Assembly: GCA_963759515.1 (NCBI GenBank)
Contig: CAVWZR010000004.1
Span: forward strand, 54,674 to 118,673
Direction: 5' to 3'
DNA length: 64,000 nucleotides
Source: an uncultured Actinomycetota bacterium
GTDB taxonomy: Bacteria > Actinomycetota > Actinomycetes > Propionibacteriales > Nocardioidaceae
Position 1 is the stretch's first letter. Each line of letters begins with the position of its first letter. Positions 9,346-19,289 of this stretch are shown here, one piece after another. The notes beneath the pieces are model-generated. The model made no database searches and was not told the DNA's origin. It worked only from the letters and a program-made list of their open reading frames with translations. The position numbers were made by a program, and so were the translations under genes.

Positions 9346-10230
9346 ATGGAGCTGCGCTTCTACGACGACCCGGCCGATTTCCTCGACGTGGCCGGCGCAC
9401 ACCTCGCGGAGCAGCCGGTGCTCAGCACGGTCATGGCCGGCGTTGCGTCCCGCATCCGGGACCAGGCCGCATCGGGGGTGCCGTGGCCGGACGGGGTGCC
9501 GTGCTGGTTCGCCGCCTTCGTGGAGCGGGCGACCGTGGTCGCCACGGCCATGCGGACGGCACCGTTCGGCGAGTACCCGGCGTACCTGATGCCGATGTCC
9601 GACGACGCGGCCGTCCTGCTCGCTCGGACCCTGCTCGACCGCGACGAGCCCGTCCTCGGCGCCAACGGTGCCCTGCCGGCCGTCCAGGTGTTCTGTGAGG
9701 AGATGGCCCACGCCACCGGGAAGCACGCCACGGTCGGCCAGCACACCCGGCTGTTCGAGCTCGGGCAGCTGAAGGAGCCGCGCGAGACCCCCGGTCGGCT
9801 GCGACCGGCCCGGCTGGACGAGCAGGACCTCGTCATCAGCTGGTACGACGCGTTCATGACGGACGCCGACGAGCAGGCCGGACGCGCGGCCGGAACCTCA
9901 CCCCACGAGTCCCCGACACCGGACGAGATGCGGCGCCGGATCGAGACCGGGCAGATCTTCGTCTGGGAGGTCGACGGTGTCCCGCTCCACGTCACCGCCG
10001 CCACGCAGCCGGCGTTCGGTGTCTCTCGCGTCGGGCCGGTCTACACCCCGGGGGAGCATCGCGGTCACGGCTTCGCGAGTCGTGCGGTCTACGAGGTGTC
10101 GAGGCTGCTCGTCGAGCGTGGTGTCCGTGCCTGCCTGTTCACCGACCAGGCGAACCCGACGTCGAACAAGATCTACGAGGCACTCGGCTACGAGCGACTC
10201 GTGGACATGGCGAACCTGCGGGTCGAATGA
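9346..10230 (+). CDS. GNAT family acetyltransferase (C-terminal FR47-like domain)
   Basis: RVGPVYTPGEHRGHGFAS and LFTDQANPTSNKIYEALGY. Confidence 0.88.
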   Translation: MELRFYDDPADFLDVAGAHLAEQPVLSTVMAGVASRIRDQAASGVPWPDGVPCWFAAFVERATVVATAMRTAPFGEYPAYLMPMSDDAAVLLARTLLDRDEPVLGANGALPAVQVFCEEMAHATGKHATVGQHTRLFELGQLKEPRETPGRLRPARLDEQDLVISWYDAFMTDADEQAGRAAGTSPHESPTPDEMRRRIETGQIFVWEVDGVPLHVTAATQPAFGVSRVGPVYTPGEHRGHGFASRAVYEVSRLLVERGVRACLFTDQANPTSNKIYEALGYERLVDMANLRVE

Positions 10231-10289
10231 GGGATGGCCCAGGGTGACGCCGGATGTCGCCGGTCCGGATGGCGACACACGCTCGTCAC

Positions 10290-11507
10290 ATGACGACAAC
10301 TACTGCCTTCAGCAAGGTCGCCGCGCTTCTCGCGTTCGTGTTCGCACTCGCGGGTCTCGCTGCCGGGACGACGGCGGCCCCATCCGCCCGCGCCACACCA
10401 GGCCAGGTCCACCGCTTGCCGCCGCTCGACCCGGCTGCGCTGGACGCCTCCATCGCCGGGCTGCCGAACCGGGACGTGACGAGCGCCCAGGTGCAGGTCA
10501 GCGGCCCGGATGGGCGATGGCGAGGTGCCTCCGGTGTCTCCGACGTGAAGCACGCGCGAGACGTCAGGCCGGGTGCGCGCTTCCGCATCGGCAGTGCCAC
10601 GAAGATGTTCACCGCCGCGATCGTGCTCCAGCTGGTCAGCGAGCACCGGCTCTCCCTGGGGACCCGGGTGCAGGCGGTCCTGCCCGGGCTCCTGCCCGGC
10701 CGCTTCCCTCCCATCACGGTGGGTGAGCTGCTCGACCACACCAGCGGGCTACCGGCCTCGACCGAGGATGCCGGTCACGATGACCCGGCTTGGGTCGTGC
10801 GTCATCGCCTCGACTACTTCTCGCCTCGGCAGGTCGTCCGGTCGGCGGTCGAGCACCGGATGCAGTTCGAGCCGGGCACGCACCAGCAGTACAACGGCGT
10901 CAACTACTTCCTGGCCGGGCTGGTGGTCGAGAGGATCACCCACGACACCTTCATCCACCAGCTGCGCATCCGGATCCTGCACCCACTCGGCCTTCACCAC
11001 ACGAGCCTGCCCCGGCCCGCGCGCGTCCGGATCGTCGGGCGGCACGTCCACGGCTACGTGCGGGTGGGTCACCGACTGGCCGACGTGACGGAGCAGAGTG
11101 CCTACTCCTGGGCGGAAGGCGGCATGGTCTCCACCACTCAGGACCTGTCCCGGTTCCTCAGCGCCCTCTTGCGCGGCCGGGTGCTGGCGAGGCCCGAGCT
11201 GGCGCGCATGATGCAGGTCCCGGACGTCCCCTACGCGGGCACGACCGGCGGATGCGCGGCCGGGCCGGACGCCGGCAAGGCCTGCTTCAGCATGGGGTTG
11301 CAGCGCACCCGGCTGCCCGGCGGTCTCGTCCTGTGGGGCAAGAGCGGGGGAACCGCCGGCTACGCGACGCTCGTGGTGGCCCCTCGGGACGCGGCACGGG
11401 TGCTGGCGGTCGGGCTCACCCCCACGGGAAACCGTGACGGTACGGAGGGCGAGTATCTGCTGCGGATCGCCGCGGCCGCCTTCGGGATACGTCCCGCCGC
11501 TCCCTAG
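10290..11507 (+). CDS. Secreted serine hydrolase, beta-lactamase/peptidase S12 family
   Basis: Signal peptide, FRIGSATK (SxxK), LLDHTSG, FEPG, WGKSG. Confidence 0.88.
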   Translation: MTTTTAFSKVAALLAFVFALAGLAAGTTAAPSARATPGQVHRLPPLDPAALDASIAGLPNRDVTSAQVQVSGPDGRWRGASGVSDVKHARDVRPGARFRIGSATKMFTAAIVLQLVSEHRLSLGTRVQAVLPGLLPGRFPPITVGELLDHTSGLPASTEDAGHDDPAWVVRHRLDYFSPRQVVRSAVEHRMQFEPGTHQQYNGVNYFLAGLVVERITHDTFIHQLRIRILHPLGLHHTSLPRPARVRIVGRHVHGYVRVGHRLADVTEQSAYSWAEGGMVSTTQDLSRFLSALLRGRVLARPELARMMQVPDVPYAGTTGGCAAGPDAGKACFSMGLQRTRLPGGLVLWGKSGGTAGYATLVVAPRDAARVLAVGLTPTGNRDGTEGEYLLRIAAAAFGIRPAAP

Positions 11508-11520
11508 ACTCGGTCGCGCC

Positions 11521-12894
11521 ATGGCCGAGCTACCCGAAGCGCGTCTCGCGCAGACCATCACCGAGGTCGACGACGCGCTGCAGTCGCGCTGGCCGGAGAC
11601 CCGGATCGAGCCGTCGCTCGACCGCATCCGCGCCTTCACCCAGCTCCTGGGTGACCCGCAACGCGCCTACCCGGTCATCCACCTGACCGGGACCAACGGC
11701 AAGACGTCGACCAGCCGGATGATCGACACGTTGCTCCGGGCCCACGACCTCCGCACGGGTCGGTTCACGAGCCCCCACCTCGAGCGCATCAACGAGCGGA
11801 TCACCGTCGACGGGGAGCCGCTCACCGACGAGGAGTTCGTCCGCGCGTTCAACGACATCGCGCCCTACACCCACCTGGTCGACGCCGCTCAGCCCGAGCC
11901 GTTGAGCTTCTTCGAGACCATCGTCGGGATGGCGTACGCCGCGTTCGCCGACGCGCCGGTCGACGTGGCGGTCGTCGAGGTCGGCATGGGCGGCGCGTGG
12001 GACGCCACGAACGTCGCGGACGGGGTGGTGGCCGTGGTGACGCCGATCGGCGTGGACCACGCGGCGTACCTCGGGACGTCTGTCGAGGAGATCGCGCTCG
12101 AGAAGGCCGGCATCATCAAGCCCGATGCCACCGTCGTGATCGCCGAGCAGCTGCTCGGCCCCGCCGAGGTGCTGCTGCGTCGCTGTGCGGAGGTGGACGC
12201 GACGCCCGTGCGCGAGGGCCTCGAGTTCGGGGTGGCGTCGCGGGTGCCGGCGGTCGGGGGACAGTTGCTCACCCTGCAGGGACTCCACGGGCAGTACGAC
12301 GACGTCTTCCTGCCGCTCTACGGGTCCCATCAGGCGCAGAACGCCGTGACCGCGCTGGTGGCGGTCGAGGCGTTCCTCGGCGACCACCAGCTCGACGCCG
12401 ACCTGATCCGCGAGGCGTTCGGCCGCGCGACGTCACCCGGCCGGCTCGAGATCATCCGGCGCAGCCCGATGATCCTGCTCGACGCGGCGCACAACCCCCA
12501 CGGGGCCGACGCCACGGCCGCAGCCCTGGACGACTCGTTCGCCTTCTCCCCGCTCATCGGGGTCATCGGGGTGATGTCGGACAAGGAGTACGAAGGCGTG
12601 CTCGCGGCGTTCGAGCCACACGTCGAGCACCTGGTCGTCACCCAGAACTCCACGCGTCGTGCCCTTCCCGCGGAGGAGCTGGCCGTCGTCGCGCGCGAGG
12701 TGTTCGGCGCCGACCGGGTGACGGTGGCGCGGCGGCTCGAGGACGCGATCGACGAGGCGACCGCGTTGGCCGAGGCCGGCGCGGCGGTCGGCTCCTCGAT
12801 CGGCTCCGGCGCCGTGCTCATCACCGGGTCGGTGGTGACGGTCGGCGAGGCGCGCGCGATGTTGCGCCGCCGCGACAGGACCGCTGGTGGCTGA
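11521..12894 (+). CDS. folC: Folylpolyglutamate synthase/dihydrofolate synthase
   Basis: HLTGTNGKTS, FTSPHL, EVGMGG.WDATN, LDAAHNPHG. Confidence 0.96.
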   Translation: MAELPEARLAQTITEVDDALQSRWPETRIEPSLDRIRAFTQLLGDPQRAYPVIHLTGTNGKTSTSRMIDTLLRAHDLRTGRFTSPHLERINERITVDGEPLTDEEFVRAFNDIAPYTHLVDAAQPEPLSFFETIVGMAYAAFADAPVDVAVVEVGMGGAWDATNVADGVVAVVTPIGVDHAAYLGTSVEEIALEKAGIIKPDATVVIAEQLLGPAEVLLRRCAEVDATPVREGLEFGVASRVPAVGGQLLTLQGLHGQYDDVFLPLYGSHQAQNAVTALVAVEAFLGDHQLDADLIREAFGRATSPGRLEIIRRSPMILLDAAHNPHGADATAAALDDSFAFSPLIGVIGVMSDKEYEGVLAAFEPHVEHLVVTQNSTRRALPAEELAVVAREVFGADRVTVARRLEDAIDEATALAEAGAAVGSSIGSGAVLITGSVVTVGEARAMLRRRDRTAGG

Positions 12895-13261
12895 GGAGCG
12901 CTCGCCGAAGCGCGGGATGTGCGCCGCGATCCTGTCCTTGGAGGCGATCGCGCTCGGTCTGACGACGCCGGTGATGATCAACCTGGCCGACGTGCCGTGG
13001 CGGACGGCGCTCGCGGTGGGACTCGGACTCTGCGTGGCCTGCCTGCTGCTGGCGGGTCTGCTGCGCTGGGAGGCGGCGTACGCCGTGGGCTGGCTGATCC
13101 AGGTGGTGGCGATCGGCCTCGGGTTCGTGGTCACGATCATGTTCGTGCTCGGGACGATCTTCGCGCTGCTGTGGGGCACGGCGTACTTCCTCGGTCGCAA
13201 GATCGAGCGCGAGCGCGCCGCGGCGTACGCGGCGTACGGGGCGGAGCGGGCCGACTCCTAG
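12887..13261 (+). CDS. DUF4233-type membrane protein
   Basis: Four hydrophobic helices; usual position between folC and ndk. Confidence 0.8.
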   Translation: MAEERSPKRGMCAAILSLEAIALGLTTPVMINLADVPWRTALAVGLGLCVACLLLAGLLRWEAAYAVGWLIQVVAIGLGFVVTIMFVLGTIFALLWGTAYFLGRKIERERAAAYAAYGAERADS

Positions 13262-14595
13262 GAGAGGCCTCGGACGATCGCGGCGAGGGCGCGGTCGAGC
13301 TCGTCGTCGGTGCAGCCGCCGAATCCGATGATCACGCCGGCTCGTCGCGCGCTCCGGCAGTAGTCGCGGAGCATCGGTACCTCGAACCCGGCGGCCTCCG
13401 CGTGCCGGGCGACGCGCTTCGCCGTGGCCTGCGGGAGCGGCACCGTGACGTACATGCCGGCGACCGGCTGGATCGGCTCGGCCCGGCCACGGAGGGCCGA
13501 GACCACACGTTCGGCGCGGGATGCGTAGACGCGGCGGGCCGACCTCACGACCTGGTCGACGTACCCGTCGCGGAGCAGGGAGACGAAGGCGCGTTGCACC
13601 GGCCACGCGGGCTGGTCGTGGGTGATCTCGCGACGCTCGAGGATCGTGCGATGGACCGAGGGCGGTGCGACGAGCCAGCCCAGTCGCATGCTCGGGGCGA
13701 CGGCCTTGCTGGAGGTGCCGAGGTAGGCGACGACCTCGCGGTCGAGCGCGGCGAGCGCCGGCACCGGTGCCACGTCGTAGCGGAACTCCGAGTCGTAGTC
13801 GTCCTCGATCACCAGGGCGCCCGCGCGACGCGCCGCCCCCAGGAGGGTGAGACGGTCGGCGCCGGACATGACCGGCCCCAGGGGATGCTGGTGCGCGGGC
13901 GTGACGTACGCCGCGGCGCAGCCGTCGAGATCGGTCACCGGCTCGGTGGCCGGGATGTCGTGGATCTCCCGGCCGCTCGCGCGGATGGCTTCGGCCGCCG
14001 CGCGGTATCCGGGGTCCTCGTGTGCCACGGGCCCCGGGCGAAGAGCGGCCAACGTCTGACCCAGCCCACCGATGGTGCCCGTGGTCACCAGGATCTCGTC
14101 GGGGTCGCAGGTGAGGCCGCGGGTGCGCGCGAGATGCCCGGCAAGCTCGTCGCGGAGCTCTGGCGTGCCCGCGGGGTCGTCGTACCCCCGCGGTGGCGTG
14201 GTGACCGAGACGTCGCGCCAGGCCCGCCGCCAGGCGGCTCGATGGCGTTCGTCGATCCAGGGCGTGCCCGTGTCCAGGCGGAGCAGCCCGGTGTCCTGGG
14301 AGCGCGTGCGCGCCGGTCGGTGCGCCGGGCGCGGTGCGGCACCGGCCGCGACGTAGGTGCCCGAGCCGCGGCGGCTCTCGAGCCACCCCTCGGCGGTGAG
14401 CTGGTCGTAGGCCTGCTCGGTGACGCTGCGCGAGACCCCGAGGTCGGTGGCGAGCGCGCGGGTGCTGGGGAGCCGCCGCCCGACGGGCAGGCCGCCGGCG
14501 ACGACCTGGTCACGGACCCGTGACGCGAGCTGGCGCGCGAGCGGGACGCCCGAGCCGCGGTCGAGGGTGACCGGGACGGTGCTGCTGCGTGCCAT
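13258..14595 (-). CDS. MocR/PdxR-family regulator (GntR HTH + PLP aminotransferase-like domain)
   Basis: RLPSTRALATDLGVSRS, VTPAHQHPLG, IEDDYDSEFRY. Start could also be 14613. Confidence 0.93.
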   Translation of the reverse strand: MARSSTVPVTLDRGSGVPLARQLASRVRDQVVAGGLPVGRRLPSTRALATDLGVSRSVTEQAYDQLTAEGWLESRRGSGTYVAAGAAPRPAHRPARTRSQDTGLLRLDTGTPWIDERHRAAWRRAWRDVSVTTPPRGYDDPAGTPELRDELAGHLARTRGLTCDPDEILVTTGTIGGLGQTLAALRPGPVAHEDPGYRAAAEAIRASGREIHDIPATEPVTDLDGCAAAYVTPAHQHPLGPVMSGADRLTLLGAARRAGALVIEDDYDSEFRYDVAPVPALAALDREVVAYLGTSSKAVAPSMRLGWLVAPPSVHRTILERREITHDQPAWPVQRAFVSLLRDGYVDQVVRSARRVYASRAERVVSALRGRAEPIQPVAGMYVTVPLPQATAKRVARHAEAAGFEVPMLRDYCRSARRAGVIIGFGGCTDDELDRALAAIVRGLS

Positions 14596-14597
14596 CG

Positions 14598-14647
14598 AAG
14601 TGTCCTGTCTCATTGACTCTCAAGTGGCCCGTGTCAGCAGGCCACTT
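14598..14647. promoter_or_regulatory. Putative MocR operator
   Basis: Inverted repeat AAGTGGCC-N10-GGCCACTT (14622-14647) plus a direct copy AAGTGTCC (14598-14605) between divergent genes. Confidence 0.65.
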
Positions 14648-14665
14648 CGGCTCCAGGATAGGAGC

Positions 14666-15328
14666 ATGAGCCAGACCCTGTCCCCGACTCCACGCACGCA
14701 GCTGACCCGCCACCGTGAGCGGGGGAGTGCTGAGCGCGAGGACCTGTTCGCGATCATCCGCGAGGTGCTGGTCTGCCACGTCGGCATCGTCCGCGACGGC
14801 GACCCGGTGGTCCTGCCGGCGATCCACGCGGTGGACCCTGACGGTCCCGACGAGGGCGGCACGCTCTACCTCCACGGTTCCGTGGCCGCACCCTGGCTCC
14901 TCCAGGCGCCGGGTCAGGTGGTGTGCGCGACGTTCACCCTGGTCGACGCCCTGGTGCTCGCGCGTGCGGCGTTCAGCCACTCGATGAACTACCGCTCCGC
15001 CGTGGTGTACGGCGCCGCGCGCCGCGTCGACGACGTCGACGAGCGCGACCACGCGCTCCGGCTGCTCGTCGACCACGTCGTCCCCGGGCGCTCGGCCACC
15101 CTGCGCGCGAACACCCGCAAGGAGCTCGCCGCGACCACGGTCATCGCGATCCCGCTCACCGAGGCCTCGGTGAAGGCGCGCACGGGCGGCCCGAAGGACG
15201 AGCCCGAGGACGTCGCCACCGGGACCTGGGCCGGTCTGGTCCCCCTGACGGTCTCGGCCGGAGCGGTCCAGGCCGACGTGGACGGCCCGATACCCGACGA
15301 CGTACGGCGGCGTCTGGCCGACTGGTGA
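14666..15328 (+). CDS. Pyridoxamine 5'-phosphate oxidase-like (NimA-like) flavin-binding protein
   Basis: LYLHGS, DALVLARAAFSHSMNYRSAVVYG, ASVKARTGGP; divergent from MocR. Confidence 0.9.
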   Translation: MSQTLSPTPRTQLTRHRERGSAEREDLFAIIREVLVCHVGIVRDGDPVVLPAIHAVDPDGPDEGGTLYLHGSVAAPWLLQAPGQVVCATFTLVDALVLARAAFSHSMNYRSAVVYGAARRVDDVDERDHALRLLVDHVVPGRSATLRANTRKELAATTVIAIPLTEASVKARTGGPKDEPEDVATGTWAGLVPLTVSAGAVQADVDGPIPDDVRRRLADW

Positions 15329-15349
15329 CCCCTGGATAGGGTGCCGCCC

Positions 15350-15760
15350 ATGGAGCGCACCCTGGTCCTGGTCAAGCCCGACGGCGTACGCCGTGGCCTC
15401 ACCGGCGAGGTGGTCCGGCGGATCGAGGCCAAGGGCTACCGCCTCGCCCGGCTCGAGCTCCGCGAGGCGACCCGCGAGCTCCTCGCCGAGCACTATGCCG
15501 AGCACGAGGGCAAGCCCTTCTACGAGCCGCTGGTCGAGTTCATGCTCTCCGGCCCGGTCGTGGCGATGGTCGTGGAGGGGGAGCGCGTCGTGGAGGGCTT
15601 CCGCGCCCTCGCCGGTGCCACCGACCCGACGGTGGCCCTGCCCGGCACCATCCGCGGTGACCTCGGTCGCGACTGGGGCCTCCCCGTCCAGCAGAACCTC
15701 GTCCACGGCTCCGACGCCGTCGAGTCCGCCGAGCGCGAGATCGCGATCTGGTTCCGGTAG
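15350..15760 (+). CDS. ndk: Nucleoside-diphosphate kinase
   Basis: [26 protein letters not shown]. Confidence 0.97.
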   Translation: MERTLVLVKPDGVRRGLTGEVVRRIEAKGYRLARLELREATRELLAEHYAEHEGKPFYEPLVEFMLSGPVVAMVVEGERVVEGFRALAGATDPTVALPGTIRGDLGRDWGLPVQQNLVHGSDAVESAEREIAIWFR

Positions 15761-15788
15761 CTCGGCGCGAGCGGGGCTCGCGCCGAGC
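15760..15788. terminator. Hairpin between convergent genes
   Basis: Perfect 13-bp stem gctcggcgcgagc-ggg-gctcgcgccgagc. Confidence 0.7.
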
Positions 15789-15813
15789 ACCCGGCAGGGC
15801 TGGGGCGTGTTCC

Positions 15814-16086
15814 CTAGGCGCTGAACGTCCCGAGGAACTGTCCGAGCGACGGCCTCCCCAGGTGGCCGGCCTCCTGCATGATCCCGGGGGTCTCCGGGTC
15901 GGTGGCGAAGGCCGTCCAGCCCTCCTCGTCCCAGTCGAAGACGGCCCAGACCCGGTCCTCCTCGATCGGGTCGCGGTAGACGCTCGAGCCCTTCGAACCG
16001 TGTGACCCGCGCTTGTCGGCGCCGGCCGCGCCGTACACCTCCAGGAAGTGGTCCAGGTCCTTGACCTTCGTCGTTGCCAGGATCAT
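15814..16086 (-). CDS. Small hypothetical protein, probable dimeric alpha-beta barrel (ABM/cyclase-like)
   Basis: SD AAGGAGAG, 90 aa MILATTKVKDLDHFLEVY..., high-GC3 codon usage. Confidence 0.75.
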   Translation of the reverse strand: MILATTKVKDLDHFLEVYGAAGADKRGSHGSKGSSVYRDPIEEDRVWAVFDWDEEGWTAFATDPETPGIMQEAGHLGRPSLGQFLGTFSA

Positions 16087-16185
16087 CGGTCTCTCCTTCG
16101 TTCTCCGGGATCCGCGTGGATCCCGGGCCCTGCCAGCCCGGTGGCTGGCACGAAGGAATGCTGCGCCGTCGGAGGGTCTCCGCAC

Positions 16186-16203
16186 ATGAGGAGATCTCCT
16201 CAT
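16186..16203. promoter_or_regulatory. Perfect 18-bp palindrome, putative LuxR operator
   Basis: ATGAGGAGATCTCCTCAT overlaps the LuxR gene stop codon and lies upstream of the small gene. Confidence 0.6.
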
Positions 16204-18575
16204 TCCGCCAGCTCGACCACCCCGTGGTCCAGTGCCCACCGAGTCGCGGCCGCGCGGTTGGTCACCGCGAGCTTGATGTAGATGTGCTGGATGTGGTTGT
16301 CGGCGGTCTTCGCCGAGATGAACAGGGTCTGCGATATCTCGCGCGTGCTCGCCCCTTCGGCGATGAGCCGCAGCACCTGTGTCTCCCGGGCGGTCAAGCC
16401 CGCCGCACCGCCGCGCTCGGCGGCGGTGGCGAGAGCACGTCGCGCGACCTCGATCTGGTGCGTCGCGTACGCCGCCGCCTCCGGGAGGTCCATCGCGGCT
16501 CCGGTGGCGGTCCACCGCTCGACGGACTCCTGGGGCTGGGTGTCCCGCAGCCGCTCGCCGAGCTCCGGGAGCGACGGGACGTGGTGGAGGCTCCCCGGTT
16601 CGCGGTTCACGGCGCCCAGCAGGGTGCCCGCCACGGACGGCCTGTCGAGACGCTCGAACAGGGCCGGCAGGCTCGCCAGCGTGATCGTCAGCTGCGCGAT
16701 GGCGCCGGTACGCAGGAAGGCATCGATCGCCTGCTCGAACAGGGTCAGCGCCGTCTCCAGCTGACCGTCCGAGGTGTGCAGCAGGGCGGCGTCGCGAGCC
16801 ATGAACCCCTCGAAGAAGCCGACTCCGTGTTCAGCGAGGTAGGCCACACCCTCGTCCCACGTCGCCAGCGCGCGTGGGGGGTCCGCCTTCGACAGGGCCA
16901 ACCCCACGATCCACGTGGTGTAGGCGATCCAGTACGGATTGCCGAGCTCCTGCGCCGCGGTCACCGCCGCGTCCGTCAGCTCGAGTGCTTCCTCGATCCG
17001 GCCCGACGACTGCAGACCGTCGACGTAGGCGGCCACCGCGAACGCACGGGTCCGGCCGGGGAGCGCCGCCACCTCACCGGTCAGCTCGACGTAGCGGTCG
17101 AGGTTCCCGCAGTAGACCTCGCCGAGAGCCTCGATGAACGCCGCATAGCCGGGGTCGCACGACTGGTAGGTGGGATGTCGCTCGAGCACCGTGGCGCGAT
17201 GGGCGTGCGCGGCCGCGACCTCGGCACGGCCGACGAAGCACGCGTAGCCCGCCGCGGCGTACAGGCGAGGGAGCCGTGGTACGTCGGCCCGGGTCGCCTC
17301 GTCGAGGAGGGCCTCCGCCCATCCGATCGTCTCGAACAGCTCCACGGAGAAGCCCATCAGCGCGGCATGGGCCGCGACGTCGGTCGCCACGTCGACGTCC
17401 CCGCGCTCCCTGCTCCATCGGAACGCCGACCGCAGGTTGGCGAGCTCATCCCTGACCCAGTCCACCTGATCGCGCCAGCCGGGTCCGTTCCAGCGCTCGA
17501 AGCGCGAGCCGGCCTCGATCGCGAAGTGTCCGGCGTGCCGATCCTGCAGCGTCTCCCGCTCGGTCTGCGCGAGCTGGTCCTCCGCGAAGGCCCGGATGGT
17601 CTCGTACAGGCTGTAGCGGGTCGTTGCGTCGCGGTGATGGGCGACGACCAGGGACTTGCGGACCAGGGAGTCGAGCACGCGCAGGATCTCGATGTCGTCG
17701 TTCGCCTCGGCGACGACGCGCAGGGCGGAGAGCTCGAAGCCGCCGGCGAACACGGACGCCGTGTCCAGGACCCGTCGCTCGGCGTCGTCGAGGAGGTCGT
17801 AGGACCACGCCACCGCGTGCCGGAGGGTGAGTTGACGGTCCGGCCCGTACTCGGGACCGGTCAGCAGCCGGAAGCGGTCACCGAGCCGGTCGCGCACCTC
17901 GATCGCGCTCATCGCCGCCATCCGCGCGGCCGCCAGCTCGATCCCCAGCGGAATCCCGTCGAGGGTGGTGCAGATGTCGATCACGGCGGCGGCCGTGGCC
18001 TCGTCGAAGATGCCGAACCCCGGCCGTGCGGCGGCCGCCCGCTGCACGAACAAGGTCACCGCGTCGGAGGTCACACCCCCGTCGACCGTGAGCGGAGTGA
18101 CCGGCACGACCTGTTCCCCGGCGATCTGGATGCCTTCCCGGGACGTTGCCAGGATCCGCACGCTGGCGGAGTGGAGGACGAGCTGGCGGATCGCTGCCGC
18201 GACTGCCGGGAGCAGGTGCTCGCAGTTGTCCAGGACGATCAGCAGGCGGCGTCCGACCACGGCCTCCGCGACTGCCTCGATGACGGGGACGTCGCCGTGG
18301 GGGGTGATACCGAGGGCCTGCGCGATCGCATCGGGCACGGCGTCGGACGCGCGGACCGGAGCGAGCTCGACCAGCCAGACACCGTCGGGGAACTCGTCGA
18401 CCAGCTGGGCCGCAACGGCCAGGGCCAGCCGGGTCTTGCCGACTCCGCCGACACCGCTCAAGGTCACCAGCGCGCTCGTCCGCGTGAGCTCGGCGATCGG
18501 GGTGAACGCACCGTCACGTCCGACGAGGGACGTGACCTGGCTCGGCAGGTTGCCGGGCCGCGCCTCCCCACTCAC
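16200..18575 (-). CDS. STAND/NB-ARC ATPase + TPR-like + LuxR HTH transcriptional regulator
   Basis: Walker A GVGGVGKTRLA, Walker B LIVLDNCEH, LDGIPLGIELAAA, C-terminal LTARETQVLRLIA..HIQHIYIKL. Confidence 0.92.
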   Translation of the reverse strand: MSGEARPGNLPSQVTSLVGRDGAFTPIAELTRTSALVTLSGVGGVGKTRLALAVAAQLVDEFPDGVWLVELAPVRASDAVPDAIAQALGITPHGDVPVIEAVAEAVVGRRLLIVLDNCEHLLPAVAAAIRQLVLHSASVRILATSREGIQIAGEQVVPVTPLTVDGGVTSDAVTLFVQRAAAARPGFGIFDEATAAAVIDICTTLDGIPLGIELAAARMAAMSAIEVRDRLGDRFRLLTGPEYGPDRQLTLRHAVAWSYDLLDDAERRVLDTASVFAGGFELSALRVVAEANDDIEILRVLDSLVRKSLVVAHHRDATTRYSLYETIRAFAEDQLAQTERETLQDRHAGHFAIEAGSRFERWNGPGWRDQVDWVRDELANLRSAFRWSRERGDVDVATDVAAHAALMGFSVELFETIGWAEALLDEATRADVPRLPRLYAAAGYACFVGRAEVAAAHAHRATVLERHPTYQSCDPGYAAFIEALGEVYCGNLDRYVELTGEVAALPGRTRAFAVAAYVDGLQSSGRIEEALELTDAAVTAAQELGNPYWIAYTTWIVGLALSKADPPRALATWDEGVAYLAEHGVGFFEGFMARDAALLHTSDGQLETALTLFEQAIDAFLRTGAIAQLTITLASLPALFERLDRPSVAGTLLGAVNREPGSLHHVPSLPELGERLRDTQPQESVERWTATGAAMDLPEAAAYATHQIEVARRALATAAERGGAAGLTARETQVLRLIAEGASTREISQTLFISAKTADNHIQHIYIKLAVTNRAAATRWALDHGVVELAE

Positions 18576-18645
18576 GTCTGCAGTGTGGCAAAGACCAGCT
18601 TCGGCGTGACGTGAGTAGTCTGGCCCCGGTTCACAGGGGGACGAG

Positions 18646-19215
18646 ATGGACGACCTGACGCTGCTGGCCCGGGCGGGCACCGAGCTGGAGCGGGTGATCG
18701 CGGGGCTCGACGACGCCGAGATGGACGTCGTCACGAACTGCCCGCCGTGGACCGTCCGACGCCTCGCCAGTCATGTGCTCAAGAACCAGCTCTTCTGGGC
18801 GGGGCTCGTCTCGGGCCGGGAGCTCATGTCGCAGGACGAGGCGATGGCGGCGGTGCCCTACGACGGCGACCTGGCGCCGATCGCTGCCGAGGTCGTCGCG
18901 CAGGTGAACGAGCTGTGGGGTGCCGACGGGGTGCTGACGGCGCAGCATGTGACGCCTTTCGGTGAGGTGCCCGGCTCGGTGGTCATCAACTTCGCGCTCA
19001 TCGACGCGACGGCACATGCGTGGGACCTCTCGGCCAGCGTCGGCCGGGCGTTCGAGTTCCCTCGCGACTGGATCCCGAGGATGACCGGAGTGGTGGAGCT
19101 GACCTGCACCGAGCACACGGTCGAGATCGGCCTGGTGAAGCCGCCGGTCCAGCCGCCCGCCGACGCCACCGACACGCAGCGGCTGATGGCCGCCGCAGGG
19201 CGGCCGTCCGAGTGA
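18646..19215 (+). CDS. TIGR03086-like metal-binding protein (DinB/mycothiol-dependent maleylpyruvate isomerase superfamily)
   Basis: TNCPPWTVRRLASH and HAWDLS. Confidence 0.85.
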   Translation: MDDLTLLARAGTELERVIAGLDDAEMDVVTNCPPWTVRRLASHVLKNQLFWAGLVSGRELMSQDEAMAAVPYDGDLAPIAAEVVAQVNELWGADGVLTAQHVTPFGEVPGSVVINFALIDATAHAWDLSASVGRAFEFPRDWIPRMTGVVELTCTEHTVEIGLVKPPVQPPADATDTQRLMAAAGRPSE

Positions 19216-19289
19216 ACTCGGTGACCTGAGACTCGGCTCCCGGTGGCCTCGGACCGAACCGAACGCCTCGAACCGGCATCGGACGTGTC

